64,000 bases of DNA, taken from NCBI GenBank assembly GCA_041640575.1, contig JBEPZZ010000004.1:1-64000 (forward strand). Reading direction: 5' to 3'. This stretch comes from Pseudothermotoga sp. (GTDB taxonomy: Bacteria > Thermotogota > Thermotogae > Thermotogales > DSM-5069). The position numbers and the translations under genes were made by a program. The notes under the pieces are model-generated. The model was not told the DNA's origin. It saw nothing but the letters and a program-made list of their open reading frames with translations, and did no database searches. Below are positions 53,399 through 63,732 of this stretch, in pieces (within the stretch, counting starts at the first letter, position 1; every line of letters starts with the position of its first letter).

Positions 53399-54239
53399 TG
53401 AAAATCCCCCTTTCGAAAACATTGAATAGCCACAAACCGAGTACCACCAAAATTCCTCCTAGTATGGTGTACAAATTTGGTGGGTTCTTCAAAAGAATAG
53501 TTTCTGAGACACTAGTTATGACTGGTATAAAATATATTGTATTGGTCGTGTAACGTGTTCCAACACGCTTCAAACCTATATTCCAAAACACATAAGCAAT
53601 CCCAGAGCAGACTATTCCAAGGTAGAGAAGCCCAACCACGACTGGAAGCGAGAAAGAAATAGAAGATTTGTCTTCAAAAATCGAAAATGGTATCAAAGTT
53701 AATAGGCCCCAGATGTTTATCGCCAAAACACCTTCTAATGAATCAGCGTTCGGCATTTTTTCAACATGGTAGGTGTAAAAAACCCACGAAAAAGCCGCTC
53801 CAAGAAGCATTAGATCGCCAATCGGACTTACCTTTAAAACGAATCTCCCATTCATTATAACAATGGCAACACCAAGGAATGCGAGAAGTGATGAAAAATA
53901 TTGCGCGATAGTTGTCCTTTTTCTTTGAATAAAATGCGTAAAAAGTGTGTAAAATATTGGAGCGCTTGAGACAATTAACGAAGCGTTGGTTGGATACGAA
54001 TACACCAAACCTGTATTTTCAAAGAAAAAATACATTGTAACTCCCCAAAAACCCGCAAAAAAAGTATGCCAGTTGAGAAGTTTGGGAAATTTTTTCGTAA
54101 ACAAATAAAGCGCAACGCAGGCTATGGCGAATCTAATCAAAGCCGCTGTAGATGGTGGTATCGATAATACTACAACTCTAGTTGCAACAAAAGAAATTCC
54201 CCAGAAAAAGACAACTGCCCAGACTAAACCTTTGAACAA
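53361..54239 (-). CDS. EamA/DMT-family transporter
   Basis: [12 protein letters not shown], two EamA repeats, [13 protein letters not shown]. The 3' end overlaps kal by 38 nt. Confidence 0.9.
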   Translation of the reverse strand: MFKGLVWAVVFFWGISFVATRVVVLSIPPSTAALIRFAIACVALYLFTKKFPKLLNWHTFFAGFWGVTMYFFFENTGLVYSYPTNASLIVSSAPIFYTLFTHFIQRKRTTIAQYFSSLLAFLGVAIVIMNGRFVLKVSPIGDLMLLGAAFSWVFYTYHVEKMPNADSLEGVLAINIWGLLTLIPFSIFEDKSSISFSLPVVVGLLYLGIVCSGIAYVFWNIGLKRVGTRYTTNTIYFIPVITSVSETILLKNPPNLYTILGGILVVLGLWLFNVFERGIFNESLSKSKNERT

Positions 54240-54339
54240 GGTAGCACCTCCAACAAAAATTTTGACACAAAACTATGATATCTCCAAGAAATTGTATAAT
54301 CAAACAGAAGTTTTAGCAAAGTACGTTGGGGGGATAGTC

Positions 54340-55986
54340 TTGGAAAAAAAACAAATTAAGGCAAATTCAGTTGAAGCATTGCTTAATCAGCTTGCTAAAG
54401 ATTATGGCTCAGACTGGTATCAAAAGGTGAAAATTACATTCATCAAAGATAGTCCCTTTGAAGTAATAGTTGAAGTATCCGAAATAGGTTCAGAGGGTTT
54501 CGAGCAACAGACTAAGGAATCAATCCACAAAGACAAACCAAATATCGCAATTCCAGTGCTTCCAGACATTTCAGAAATCGAGAGAAAACATTCTGAACCA
54601 AGGGTCATGGTCTGGATATCTGAAGATAAAATGATTGCCAGCATTTCTGTAATTCCTGGTTTAAGAAGGATCGTACCAACCGTTGATGAAGTCGTTGAAG
54701 CACTTAACAACGCTGGTGTGAAATATGGAATAAATCGAGAAAGAATTGAACAAATAATAAGAGAACAAAGATTTTTCACTTCCATACCGGTTGCTTCAGG
54801 GAAACCTCCTAAGTCAGCAAAGGACGCACAGATTCAATTTCTCTTCCCATTGAGTGGATATGTCTCAGCAAAACCCGATGAATCGGAAAGAATAGATCCA
54901 GCCTCGCTCTACAAAATTTTCACATGTGAAAAAGATCAGCTTCTTGCTTTGAAAGTGCCATCTGTTGAAGGCGAGGATGGTTTTACAGTTACCGGAGAAA
55001 CAATAAAAGTCGAAAAAGCTAAGGATATCAACTTGAAAAATTACCTAGGAGAAAACGTTTACCTTTCCGAGGATGGAAATAAGATCTTTGCATCATGTGC
55101 TGGTCAACCTTTTTTCAAAAATTCCATGGTTCATGTGAAACAAGTGTTCGTTGTCGAGGGAGATCTTAACTACACCGTAGGAAATATAAACTTCAACGGT
55201 ACAGTGATTATACGAGGCAACGCCGAAGGCCCATTCAAAATATCCGCAAAGGGCGATGTTGTAATCGAAGGAATCTTGGGAGAAGTTCAAGTGTCTTCTG
55301 AAGGCTCATTGATGGTCAAGGGTGGGATCTTTGGAAGATCAAAGGGGATTGTAAAAGTGAGGAGGGATCTTTTCGCCAAATTTGTAAATGAAGCTCGCAT
55401 TTTTTGTGAAGGAAAAGTTCTTATTGAGGATTACATAATGAATTCAATTTTGGTTTGTAATAGTGACGTGTTTGTAGGAGGCAGAGGAATAATAGTGGGG
55501 GGAATTGTAAAGGCAAGAGGTAACATAACTGCTAAAGAACTTGGGACGAAAACTGGAATCAAAACTTTGGTAAGTTGTGGAATAAATTACGAGATTGAAG
55601 AAAAATACGAACAGTGCGAGCTTACTGTTTCCCAAATTGTGAAGGAGATTACGAAAATTTCTGAAAATGAGCAAAGGATCAAAGGAAAGCTTCTTCAAAC
55701 AAGAGATTTGAAACAAAGGGAGATGCTGAGAAACTCTTTGTTTGATCTAGAACGACAAAGGCAGGCTTTATTGAAACAACTTTTCAGGTTGAAGCAAGCT
55801 ATGGAGATCATTTTGAGGATCAGAAGATTTGAAAATATTTCTACCACGTCCAGAATAATTCTAAGAGGGGTTTGCCATCCAAACGTTAAGATTACCATTG
55901 GATATGAAACTTTTCATGTTAAAGAGCAAATGACTGCAAAAGAGTTTTACATAGACAAGGATACTGGAAAAATTACCTGGCAGTGA
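54340..55986 (+). CDS. FapA/DUF342-family protein
   Basis: 'ISEDKM.A', 'GVKYGI', 'VASGKPP', 'G.DG.TVTGE', 'GNINFNG.V.I.GN', beta-helix repeats, coiled coil. Start moved to TTG 54340 after GGGGGG. Confidence 0.85.
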   Translation: MEKKQIKANSVEALLNQLAKDYGSDWYQKVKITFIKDSPFEVIVEVSEIGSEGFEQQTKESIHKDKPNIAIPVLPDISEIERKHSEPRVMVWISEDKMIASISVIPGLRRIVPTVDEVVEALNNAGVKYGINRERIEQIIREQRFFTSIPVASGKPPKSAKDAQIQFLFPLSGYVSAKPDESERIDPASLYKIFTCEKDQLLALKVPSVEGEDGFTVTGETIKVEKAKDINLKNYLGENVYLSEDGNKIFASCAGQPFFKNSMVHVKQVFVVEGDLNYTVGNINFNGTVIIRGNAEGPFKISAKGDVVIEGILGEVQVSSEGSLMVKGGIFGRSKGIVKVRRDLFAKFVNEARIFCEGKVLIEDYIMNSILVCNSDVFVGGRGIIVGGIVKARGNITAKELGTKTGIKTLVSCGINYEIEEKYEQCELTVSQIVKEITKISENEQRIKGKLLQTRDLKQREMLRNSLFDLERQRQALLKQLFRLKQAMEIILRIRRFENISTTSRIILRGVCHPNVKITIGYETFHVKEQMTAKEFYIDKDTGKITWQ

Positions 55987-58080
55987 TCATGAACTCGAAG
56001 TTTCATTTAGAATTTCTAGCATTATTCTTACAACCTGTGGATCGAATTGACTACCAGAACACCTAAGAAGTTCTTGCTTGGCTTCTTCTAACGTAAAGGC
56101 TTTTCTATAAGGTCTATCTGTTGTCATCGCGTCGAAACTATCAGCAACACATATAATTCGAGAAAGAATAGGAATTGTTTCGCCACTCAAACCATCGGGA
56201 TAACCTTTTCCATCAAACCTTTCATGATGATGCCTTACTATAGCAGCAATTTCTGGCAGATCTGCAGCTATCAGCCATTCATACCCTTTTATACTGTGAA
56301 GCTTCACCAATTGATATTCTTCGGGAGTCAAAATACCATTCTTGTTCAAAACATGCTGTGGCACATAAATTTTGCCGATATCATGCACCAGGGCGGCCCA
56401 GTAGATTCTCTTAATATCTTCATTCGCCAGGCCCATTCTTTCGGCTATCATTGAGGAATAACGGGCAACATTCTCAGAATGTCCCTTGGTGTAATAGTCA
56501 TAACTTTCTAGTGCTTTCACAGCAAAAAGAATCAGTCTTTTGTGAAAGATTCCTTCTTCTTTCACATAGTTTCTAAAGGCTGAAAGATGCGCAACCAGCT
56601 CACCTAATCTTTCTATCACCTTCTTTACGAAATTGCTTATATGAGGAACTAAGATAAAAAGATAACCAAAATCTTCCTTGCCATTTGACAAATTTGCATA
56701 TATAAACTCGTTCTCTGTGAATGTGTTTAAATCAAAATGATTCCTCAGCAGACTAACCAAATCTTGTTCATCGTAGATCTCGGCAAAACGAGTGTCGGTA
56801 TCTAAATAGCTGCATTTGGAATCCTCGCCCTTTAGGTTTGCGCACAAAATTATTGGTGGGCCCTTTAATAACATTCCAACAAGCTTTGCATCGCTTACCA
56901 GAGATCGAACCACAGTTAATACTCTATGGGCAAACTCTTTTTCACTGGAAGTTCTTGCGAGCAAATCTGAGAAAATTTTGAGCATGTCAAAAATCGAGTT
57001 TTGCAAAAGCGCATTTTCGACATTAATCGACTCTAGTTCTTCATTTTTACGTGCTAATTCTTCGTTCAAAGCATTCAATTCTTGATTCTGAGCATTCAGT
57101 TCCTGGTTCATTGCTTCCAGTTCTTCATTGTTAGCCGTAAGTTGTTCGTTCATTGCTCTAACCTCTTCGTGAGCCGCTTTCAGTTCTTCATTAGCTTTCA
57201 CAAGCTGAAGCGTTCGTTGGTTAAGAAGCTTCTTTAGATAATAATTAAATAAGGACAAGATAACCAAAAATAATAAAACGCCAATCGCAGAAATTAAGCC
57301 AACCCAAAGAATCCACGGTGGAATGCGAAATGCCATGGGTATGAAAAGTGATGTTATTTTCTCTAGTTCCGACTTATCAATTTCCTTCAAAGTTTTGTTC
57401 ACCAAATCAGCTAAGTTCTTGTTTGCAATGTAAAACGCGAAGTGAAGATCTTTGGTCTGCAGCGAAATGGATTCAAAACGGTAAAATAAATCGTATTTGA
57501 TAAGGTAGTACCTCGCCGTGTAATCTTCCATAACAAAAACATTAATTTCGTTGTTTCGAACTGCCTTTATCAAAGTTTCAAAATCATCATAGTAAACGAC
57601 ATGTGCCTTTGGATAAGAACTTTGGAGTATCCCAACGGAAGCATCCCCTCGAACAGCTCCTACAACGTATGCAGAAATGTCATTTTTGTTTTTCAATCCT
57701 GTATCTTGCCTATAATAAAGATTCACTGTGACGGAGAAGATTGGATCAGAGAATAAAAGATACTTTTGTCGTTCACTGGTTTTGAATATGAGATTGATCA
57801 TATCTGCTTCGCCTTTTTCAACTTTTTCCAACGCAACGTAAAATGGTAGAACTTCGATTTTAAACTCAAGACCCGTCTTTTTCATAAGCAGTTTTATTAC
57901 CTCAACACTAATACCGACAGGTTCTCCTTGTTCATCCAACCATATAAAAGGTGGGTAAAAATCGCCAGTGACAACTTTCACGGTTTTTTTAAGACCAGGA
58001 ATAAATTCCGCACTGGATGCAAAATTAATAGAGCATAGTAATAACGAGAGCAATAAAATCGTAAATTGTTTCAAACTCAT
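55987..58080 (-). CDS. Membrane-anchored HD-GYP phosphodiesterase with a periplasmic family-3 substrate-binding sensor
   Basis: YPPF...G.PVGISVE sensor, one TM, heptad linker, HS.NVA, HDIGK, HHERFDGKGYPDGL, DSFDAMTTDRPYR. Confidence 0.92.
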   Translation of the reverse strand: MSLKQFTILLLSLLLCSINFASSAEFIPGLKKTVKVVTGDFYPPFIWLDEQGEPVGISVEVIKLLMKKTGLEFKIEVLPFYVALEKVEKGEADMINLIFKTSERQKYLLFSDPIFSVTVNLYYRQDTGLKNKNDISAYVVGAVRGDASVGILQSSYPKAHVVYYDDFETLIKAVRNNEINVFVMEDYTARYYLIKYDLFYRFESISLQTKDLHFAFYIANKNLADLVNKTLKEIDKSELEKITSLFIPMAFRIPPWILWVGLISAIGVLLFLVILSLFNYYLKKLLNQRTLQLVKANEELKAAHEEVRAMNEQLTANNEELEAMNQELNAQNQELNALNEELARKNEELESINVENALLQNSIFDMLKIFSDLLARTSSEKEFAHRVLTVVRSLVSDAKLVGMLLKGPPIILCANLKGEDSKCSYLDTDTRFAEIYDEQDLVSLLRNHFDLNTFTENEFIYANLSNGKEDFGYLFILVPHISNFVKKVIERLGELVAHLSAFRNYVKEEGIFHKRLILFAVKALESYDYYTKGHSENVARYSSMIAERMGLANEDIKRIYWAALVHDIGKIYVPQHVLNKNGILTPEEYQLVKLHSIKGYEWLIAADLPEIAAIVRHHHERFDGKGYPDGLSGETIPILSRIICVADSFDAMTTDRPYRKAFTLEEAKQELLRCSGSQFDPQVVRIMLEILNETSSS
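57034..57192 (-). repeat. 21-bp-periodic repeat encoding an (N/H)-E/Q-E/Q-L heptad coiled coil
   Basis: NEELKAA-HEEVRAM-NEQLTAN-NEELEAM-NQELNAQ-NQELNAL-NEELARK-NEEL. Confidence 0.8.
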
Positions 58081-58198
58081 TCTATATTTTGGACTCAGAG
58101 GGTGTCCCCCCAAGATAGTTTGATTTTTTTAACTCGTTCTAATTATACTACAACGTAATGTTGATATAATGATTAAGATAAAAATGGAGGTGTTGTTG

Positions 58199-59923
58199 AT
58201 GAGATTTAGCCAACTTTATGCGCCTACTTTGAAAGAAGCTCCAAGTGATGCGGAGGTTATAAGCCATGCTTTGCTTTACAGAGCGGGGTTTATAAGAAAA
58301 GCCTCGGCTGGAATTTATAATTTTCTGCCATTGGGTAAGAGGACTCTATCAAAGATCGAGAAAATTGTCAGGGAAGAAATGGACAAAATTGGAGCGCAAG
58401 AGGTTTCGATGCCTATCATTCAACCGGCAGAGCTTTGGCAGATAACAGGAAGATGGGATGACTACGGTCCAGAAATGATGAAACTCAAAGACAGACATAG
58501 TAGAGATTTCACACTTGGCCCTACCCACGAAGAAATGGTTACATTCCTGATAAAGGACGAACTTCGTTCTTACAAACAGTTACCAGTTTTTCTATACCAA
58601 ATAGGTTTGAAATACAGAGATGAAATTCGCCCAAGATTTGGTTTGCTTCGTGCGAGAGAATTCATAATGAAGGATGGATACAGTTTTCATAGCAATAACG
58701 AATCTTTGAACGAGACATACGAAGCTTGCAGACAAGCATACAGTAAGATTGTTGAAAGGATTGGTTTGAAATATACAATCGTTGAAGCTGCCTCTGGAGC
58801 TATTGGTGGGAATGAATCTCACGAATTCGTCAGTTTCGCACCAGTGGGTGAAACAAATCTTTTGAAATGTGAAAAGTGTGGTTATTCTTCGAACGATGAG
58901 CAAGCTCCATATAAGGGGGAATATGAGAAATACAGCGAGGGTGAGAAACCTCTTTCACTTGTTCACACACCCGCTGTTCGCACAGTTGAACAAGTTGCAG
59001 ATTTCCTTGGAGTAAAGCCATCAAGGATTGTCAAATCGCTGTTGTTCGTTGGAAGAAATGGGTTCGTGATGGCTTTGATTCAAGGAGATAAAGAATTAAA
59101 TGTCGAAAAGCTTAAGGTTCATATGCAAGATCAGTCTCTAAGGCTTGCAGAACCAGAGGAAGTACTGGAAGCTTTCAAAGTACCGATAGGATTCATTGGC
59201 CCAGTAGGATTGAACAACGTAACAATTGTGGCGGATCACGGTGTGAAGTACATGAAAAATGTCGTTGTAGGAGGAATGAAAACTGATTATCACTATACGA
59301 ATGTAAATCTTGGACGGGACTTTTCTGTACAGTCTTTCTTCGACTTGAGAGTTGTAGAACCAGGTGATCCATGTCCAGTGTGTGGTAGTCAACTTACTGG
59401 CTCAAAGGGAATTGAACTTGGTCATGTTTTCAAGCTTGGTACAAAGTATTCAAAAGCAATGAATGCTCTGTACATGGACGAAAAGGGTGAACTAAAACCT
59501 TTTATAATGGGTTGCTACGGTTGGGGAGTTTCAAGGACAATGGCTGCCGTAGTTGAACAGCTAAACGATGAAGATGGAATAATTTGGCCACAGTCAATAG
59601 CGCCATATGAAGTTGTAATCACAGTTGTCTCAAGCGTTGATAACCAACAAAAGAATTTTGCTGAGAAGCTTTATAAAACATTTAGTGGAACATTTGATGT
59701 CATCCTTGATGATCGAGATATTTCACCAGGTATGAAGTTCAAAGATGCTGATTTGATAGGGTTCCCACTGAAAATCACTGTGGGCAAAAGTCTTGCCCAA
59801 GGTTATGTGGAATTGAAACTACGGAACTTGAAGAAACAAGAAAAAGTTCTGGCAGATCCAGAAAAAGTGTTGCAGACTGCAACCAAAATGTTAGAGGAAT
59901 ACGATCCGCACAAGAAGGTGTGA
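58199..59923 (+). CDS. proS: Proline--tRNA ligase (bacterial type with editing domain)
   Basis: [31 protein letters not shown] domain, MGCYG.GVSR, DADLIG.P. Confidence 0.98.
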   Translation: MRFSQLYAPTLKEAPSDAEVISHALLYRAGFIRKASAGIYNFLPLGKRTLSKIEKIVREEMDKIGAQEVSMPIIQPAELWQITGRWDDYGPEMMKLKDRHSRDFTLGPTHEEMVTFLIKDELRSYKQLPVFLYQIGLKYRDEIRPRFGLLRAREFIMKDGYSFHSNNESLNETYEACRQAYSKIVERIGLKYTIVEAASGAIGGNESHEFVSFAPVGETNLLKCEKCGYSSNDEQAPYKGEYEKYSEGEKPLSLVHTPAVRTVEQVADFLGVKPSRIVKSLLFVGRNGFVMALIQGDKELNVEKLKVHMQDQSLRLAEPEEVLEAFKVPIGFIGPVGLNNVTIVADHGVKYMKNVVVGGMKTDYHYTNVNLGRDFSVQSFFDLRVVEPGDPCPVCGSQLTGSKGIELGHVFKLGTKYSKAMNALYMDEKGELKPFIMGCYGWGVSRTMAAVVEQLNDEDGIIWPQSIAPYEVVITVVSSVDNQQKNFAEKLYKTFSGTFDVILDDRDISPGMKFKDADLIGFPLKITVGKSLAQGYVELKLRNLKKQEKVLADPEKVLQTATKMLEEYDPHKKV

Positions 59924-60810
59924 ACATGGGATTTTTTGAAGGACTAAAAGCGAGATTAGAGAAAACAAGAAAGAACCTTTTTGAAAGTTTGGGTAAGCTT
60001 CTTAAGGGAACAAAAGTTGACAAAGAATTACTTGAACAGCTGGAAGAAAAGCTGATAACAGCTGACATTGGTTACGAAACAACCCAGGAAATTCTTGAGA
60101 AACTTCAAGAAAGACAGAATCGCGATGCTCTTGAAGCTCTTAAAGAAGTTCTTATCGAAATCTTATCCGGTGAGAATAGTTTGCACACTCCTACAGATAA
60201 ACCCTTTGTAATAACCGTAGTTGGAGTTAATGGAACTGGTAAAACGACAACTGTAGCAAAACTTGGAGCCTATTTTCAAAACCTTGGCAAGTCAGTAGTG
60301 CTCGCAGCCGCGGATACGTTCAGAGCAGCTGCGATAGAACAATTGCATGAATGGGGGAAAAGAATAAACTGCACAGTCATTTCACACGGCGAAGGTGCCG
60401 ACTCAGCAGCTGTTGCCTTTGACGCAGTAAACCATGCAAAATCGAGAAACAAGGATGTAGTTATAATCGATACGGCTGGTCGATTACATACAAAGAAGAA
60501 CTTAATGGAAGAGCTGAAGAAGATTCACAGGGTAATTCAAAGAATTGTTGAGAGTTCTCCGCACGAAGTGCTGCTTGTTGTAGATGCAACAACGGGCCAA
60601 AACGGGCTTGTTCAGGCGAAAGTTTTCAAGGAAATGGTCAACATTACCGGGATAGTCCTAACTAAACTAGATGGCACAGCCAAAGGTGGTATTGCACTAT
60701 CAATCAAAAAGGAACTCGGTATTCCAATAAAGTTTATTGGAGTAGGAGAAGGTGTTGAAGACCTTAAGCCTTTCAATCCAAAGGAATTTGTTGAAGCCTT
60801 GCTGGACTAA
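59920..60810 (+). CDS. ftsY: Signal recognition particle receptor FtsY (NG domain only)
   Basis: [36 protein letters not shown]. Confidence 0.97.
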   Translation: MNMGFFEGLKARLEKTRKNLFESLGKLLKGTKVDKELLEQLEEKLITADIGYETTQEILEKLQERQNRDALEALKEVLIEILSGENSLHTPTDKPFVITVVGVNGTGKTTTVAKLGAYFQNLGKSVVLAAADTFRAAAIEQLHEWGKRINCTVISHGEGADSAAVAFDAVNHAKSRNKDVVIIDTAGRLHTKKNLMEELKKIHRVIQRIVESSPHEVLLVVDATTGQNGLVQAKVFKEMVNITGIVLTKLDGTAKGGIALSIKKELGIPIKFIGVGEGVEDLKPFNPKEFVEALLD

Positions 60811-60914
60811 CCTAACCAACTAAAAATTCAGAGAAAATTAATCCAATTGGCACGGACAAGGATAAACTATGAATGGTATAATCTCAAACAGTAAAAGATT
60901 TGGAGGGGTTTTTA

Positions 60915-61577
60915 TTGCCCACATTTTGGAAAAAGTCGTTAACATGTCCAATGTGTACGGCAGAATTTCAAGCAGTACGAGTTTTCACGGATGCGGTAAA
61001 GATAAAAGATCGTGACAGTGATCTAAAACCAACTTATGAAGGAGTAAATTACAGTTTGTTTCAACCAATAACATGTCCGGTGTGTTTCTATTCAACTTTC
61101 GAAGACGATTTTTCTAAGGCTCCAAAGCCACAAGAAGCTGAGAAAATAAGAAAATTCTTAGCAAAGATAAGAGAAAGTGTGAAAATAGACCTGAGTGAAA
61201 ACAGAACCTTGAAAGATGCTGCATCAATTTATGCGATAACAGCTGCTATTTATACAATACTTGGTAAACCGCTGAAAATCGCAGAAGCATACCTGAAACT
61301 AGCCTGGATTTATCGTGATATCGCAAACGATGATGAGGAAAGAAAAGCCTTGCAAAATGCTTTGAGATTTTTCTTAGAAAGTTATACAAAAGAATCTTTA
61401 TCCGAAGAACAACAAGTTATGGTTTTATTCTACCTTGGTGAAATAAACAGACGACTGGCAAACAAAAAAGAAGCCGTTAAATGGTTTTCTAAACTTCTGC
61501 AGTCTTATGGTAATTCAAGTTCGCCATACGTCAAATTAGCGAGAATGCAGTGGCAGGAGGCCGCTACAGAAAGGTGA
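60915..61577 (+). CDS. DUF2225-like Zn-ribbon + TPR protein
   Basis: CPMC...RDSDLKP.Y...CPVC, 'LKLAWIYR', 'YLGEINRRL....EA.KWF'. Confidence 0.8.
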   Translation: MPTFWKKSLTCPMCTAEFQAVRVFTDAVKIKDRDSDLKPTYEGVNYSLFQPITCPVCFYSTFEDDFSKAPKPQEAEKIRKFLAKIRESVKIDLSENRTLKDAASIYAITAAIYTILGKPLKIAEAYLKLAWIYRDIANDDEERKALQNALRFFLESYTKESLSEEQQVMVLFYLGEINRRLANKKEAVKWFSKLLQSYGNSSSPYVKLARMQWQEAATER

Positions 61578-63286
61578 GACCAAAACGATTACTTTTCCTA
61601 GTCTTGCCGGTTGTTTTAATCTTAAGTTCCTGCATGCAGCCTGACACAAGCTTGCTTGAGAAGGTTAATCGAAGACTTGATGACCTTGAATACAGATTGA
61701 TGCAGATTGAAAAAAACCAAAATAGTACCAGACAGGATATTCAAAAGCTTCAAGAAGAGGTCGCACGAATAAATAACGAAGTTGCAACTGCTAAAAGAAT
61801 GATAGAAACTCAAAGGGAACTTCCAACTGTTTCGCGGGATGATATTGACAGAATCTTGGCACGCCTGAATTCACTAGAAATGAAATACAACCAACTTTCA
61901 GTTGCTCTAAACATATCAGACATTAGGGAACTCATATATAAGCTTGGAGATCTCGAGGTTTCTCAGAAACAACAGCAACTTAATTATGAAAAGTTTGTGC
62001 GCGACACACAGGCACTTCTTGAACAAGTCAACGCACGTGAAATAGCTCAAAGACTTGACAGCTTGACTAATTCAGTTGCATCAATTAGAAACCAGATAGA
62101 CCAAGCTTTGGAGCTTGAGACAAGACTCAGGACTCTGGAAGCGTCAGTAGAAACTCTGATTATAAAAGCTGATGGTTCGCCTGCAAATCTATCAAAAGTT
62201 GAAAACGAAATCGGACAGTTAAGATCAAGTGTGAAGGATTTAGAAAGCGTCATTCGCAAAGAAATGGACAAAAGATTTTTCGAATTACAACAGCGACTTT
62301 CCTCAGGTGGTACAAGTGCAGACCTTCAAAATTACATAGCGAATACAACTGCTCTTGTCAGACAACTAACAAACGAACTTGAGTATTTGAGAGGATTAGT
62401 TAAGGAATACGACAGGGACAAATTTCTTAGACTCGATCAAGGTTACATAAGTTATGTTGTCAAAACCGGTGACACACTGTCAGCAATTGCAAATGCTTAT
62501 GGTTTAAAGGGCGAGAAAATTAAACAGCTTATGGAGATAAACCAGATTCAGGATGCAAATCGCTTGCTTGTGGGGCAGAGAATAAAAATCCCCATTGATG
62601 ATCCATCTTCATTGTTCAAATATCCGTTGGACATTCAAATAAACCCAAATGATATCCTTTCCACGTATGGCCAACCGTATGGTGGTGGCATTAAAACCGG
62701 TGTCGAGATTTACGTTGCAACTCCAACCAAAGTTAAAGCCATTCTGCCTGGGAAAGTCGTGAGTATTCTGAAAGATGAGGGATATTGGGTTCGTGTTGAT
62801 CATGGAAATGGTATCTTGGCTGTTTATGGAAATCTTTCAACTATAGATGTTTCCCAAGGTCAATGGCTAGGTATCGGACAGTCCATAGGTATGGTGAACC
62901 GAATCCTTCATTTTGAAATTTGGATAGACGGCGAACCAAGAGACCCACTTAGAATAATTCTCAAGTATCTTGGGCAATTTGAAGCAACCTATTATACAGA
63001 ATGGGAAGATGGAAAACTTCCAGAGCATCCAACTTTCAGGATTACGACGGCAGGTACAGTGCCAAAAAGCTGGTGGACATTGGCTGCTGATCCAAATCTT
63101 TTGCCGCTTGGTACTATTGTTTACATACCACAATTTTCCGATAAACCAAACAATGGGTTTTTCGTTGTCGAAGATACCGGATTGGCCATTAAAGGAAGAA
63201 TTGTGGACATTTATTTGAGTGATCTTGCACAGGCTCGCACAAATATGCGGTCTCTAGTCGATGTATACATTGTTTCCAATCGTTGA
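61574..63286 (+). CDS. Lipoprotein: long coiled coil + LysM + M23-like + 3D domain
   Basis: LSSC lipobox; YVVKTGDTLSAIA...LLVGQRIKIP; VDHGNG...YGNL...LHFEI...PRDP; AADP.LLPLGT...EDTG.AIKG..VDIY. Confidence 0.88.
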   Translation: MRPKRLLFLVLPVVLILSSCMQPDTSLLEKVNRRLDDLEYRLMQIEKNQNSTRQDIQKLQEEVARINNEVATAKRMIETQRELPTVSRDDIDRILARLNSLEMKYNQLSVALNISDIRELIYKLGDLEVSQKQQQLNYEKFVRDTQALLEQVNAREIAQRLDSLTNSVASIRNQIDQALELETRLRTLEASVETLIIKADGSPANLSKVENEIGQLRSSVKDLESVIRKEMDKRFFELQQRLSSGGTSADLQNYIANTTALVRQLTNELEYLRGLVKEYDRDKFLRLDQGYISYVVKTGDTLSAIANAYGLKGEKIKQLMEINQIQDANRLLVGQRIKIPIDDPSSLFKYPLDIQINPNDILSTYGQPYGGGIKTGVEIYVATPTKVKAILPGKVVSILKDEGYWVRVDHGNGILAVYGNLSTIDVSQGQWLGIGQSIGMVNRILHFEIWIDGEPRDPLRIILKYLGQFEATYYTEWEDGKLPEHPTFRITTAGTVPKSWWTLAADPNLLPLGTIVYIPQFSDKPNNGFFVVEDTGLAIKGRIVDIYLSDLAQARTNMRSLVDVYIVSNR

Positions 63287-63306
63287 CAGAATGGAGGTGC
63301 TAAATT

Positions 63307-63732
63307 GTGGGTATAACAATCAAGAGTGAGTATGCCATGAGGATAATGATGCATCTTGCAGGCTGTGGCCAAAACAATCCTGTTTCACTGACAAGCATTT
63401 TGAAGGAAGCAAAAGTTCCGAAGGAATTTGCGGAGAAAATTGTATCTGATTTGAGAAAAGCAAAACTTATAGCTTCGGCACGAGGAAGAAAGGGAGGATA
63501 TCAGTTAACTAAACCACCGAGTCAAATGACTGTTTTTGAGATCATGGAAGCTGTTGATGAACCACGCAAAATAATCAAATGTAATTTTAACGAAGAATGC
63601 TGTAGTGATCCGGAAAGCTGTGCGATCAAGAATATTGTTTGGCAAAATCTTTGGAATAGCATCGTTTCGACACTTAAATCAATAAGCCTTCAGGAACTTG
63701 TGAATTATTGCCATCAAGGGGTGGAAAAATGA
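63307..63732 (+). CDS. Rrf2-family transcriptional regulator with Cys cluster (possible Fe-S)
   Basis: SEYAMR, S.RG.KGGYQL.KPP, C....ECC....SC. Confidence 0.9.
   Translation: MGITIKSEYAMRIMMHLAGCGQNNPVSLTSILKEAKVPKEFAEKIVSDLRKAKLIASARGRKGGYQLTKPPSQMTVFEIMEAVDEPRKIIKCNFNEECCSDPESCAIKNIVWQNLWNSIVSTLKSISLQELVNYCHQGVEK

Noticed and set aside
54124..54339. N-terminal extension of the FapA-like ORF overlapping the EamA gene on the opposite strand
   Set aside because: Antisense run-through. An SD-supported TTG at 54340 with a TATAAT upstream explains the gene without overlap.
60847..60862. TTGGCACG resembling a sigma-54 -24 element
   Set aside because: No TTGC -12 element at the required spacing. 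A TGGTATAAT extended -10 just downstream explains the promoter.
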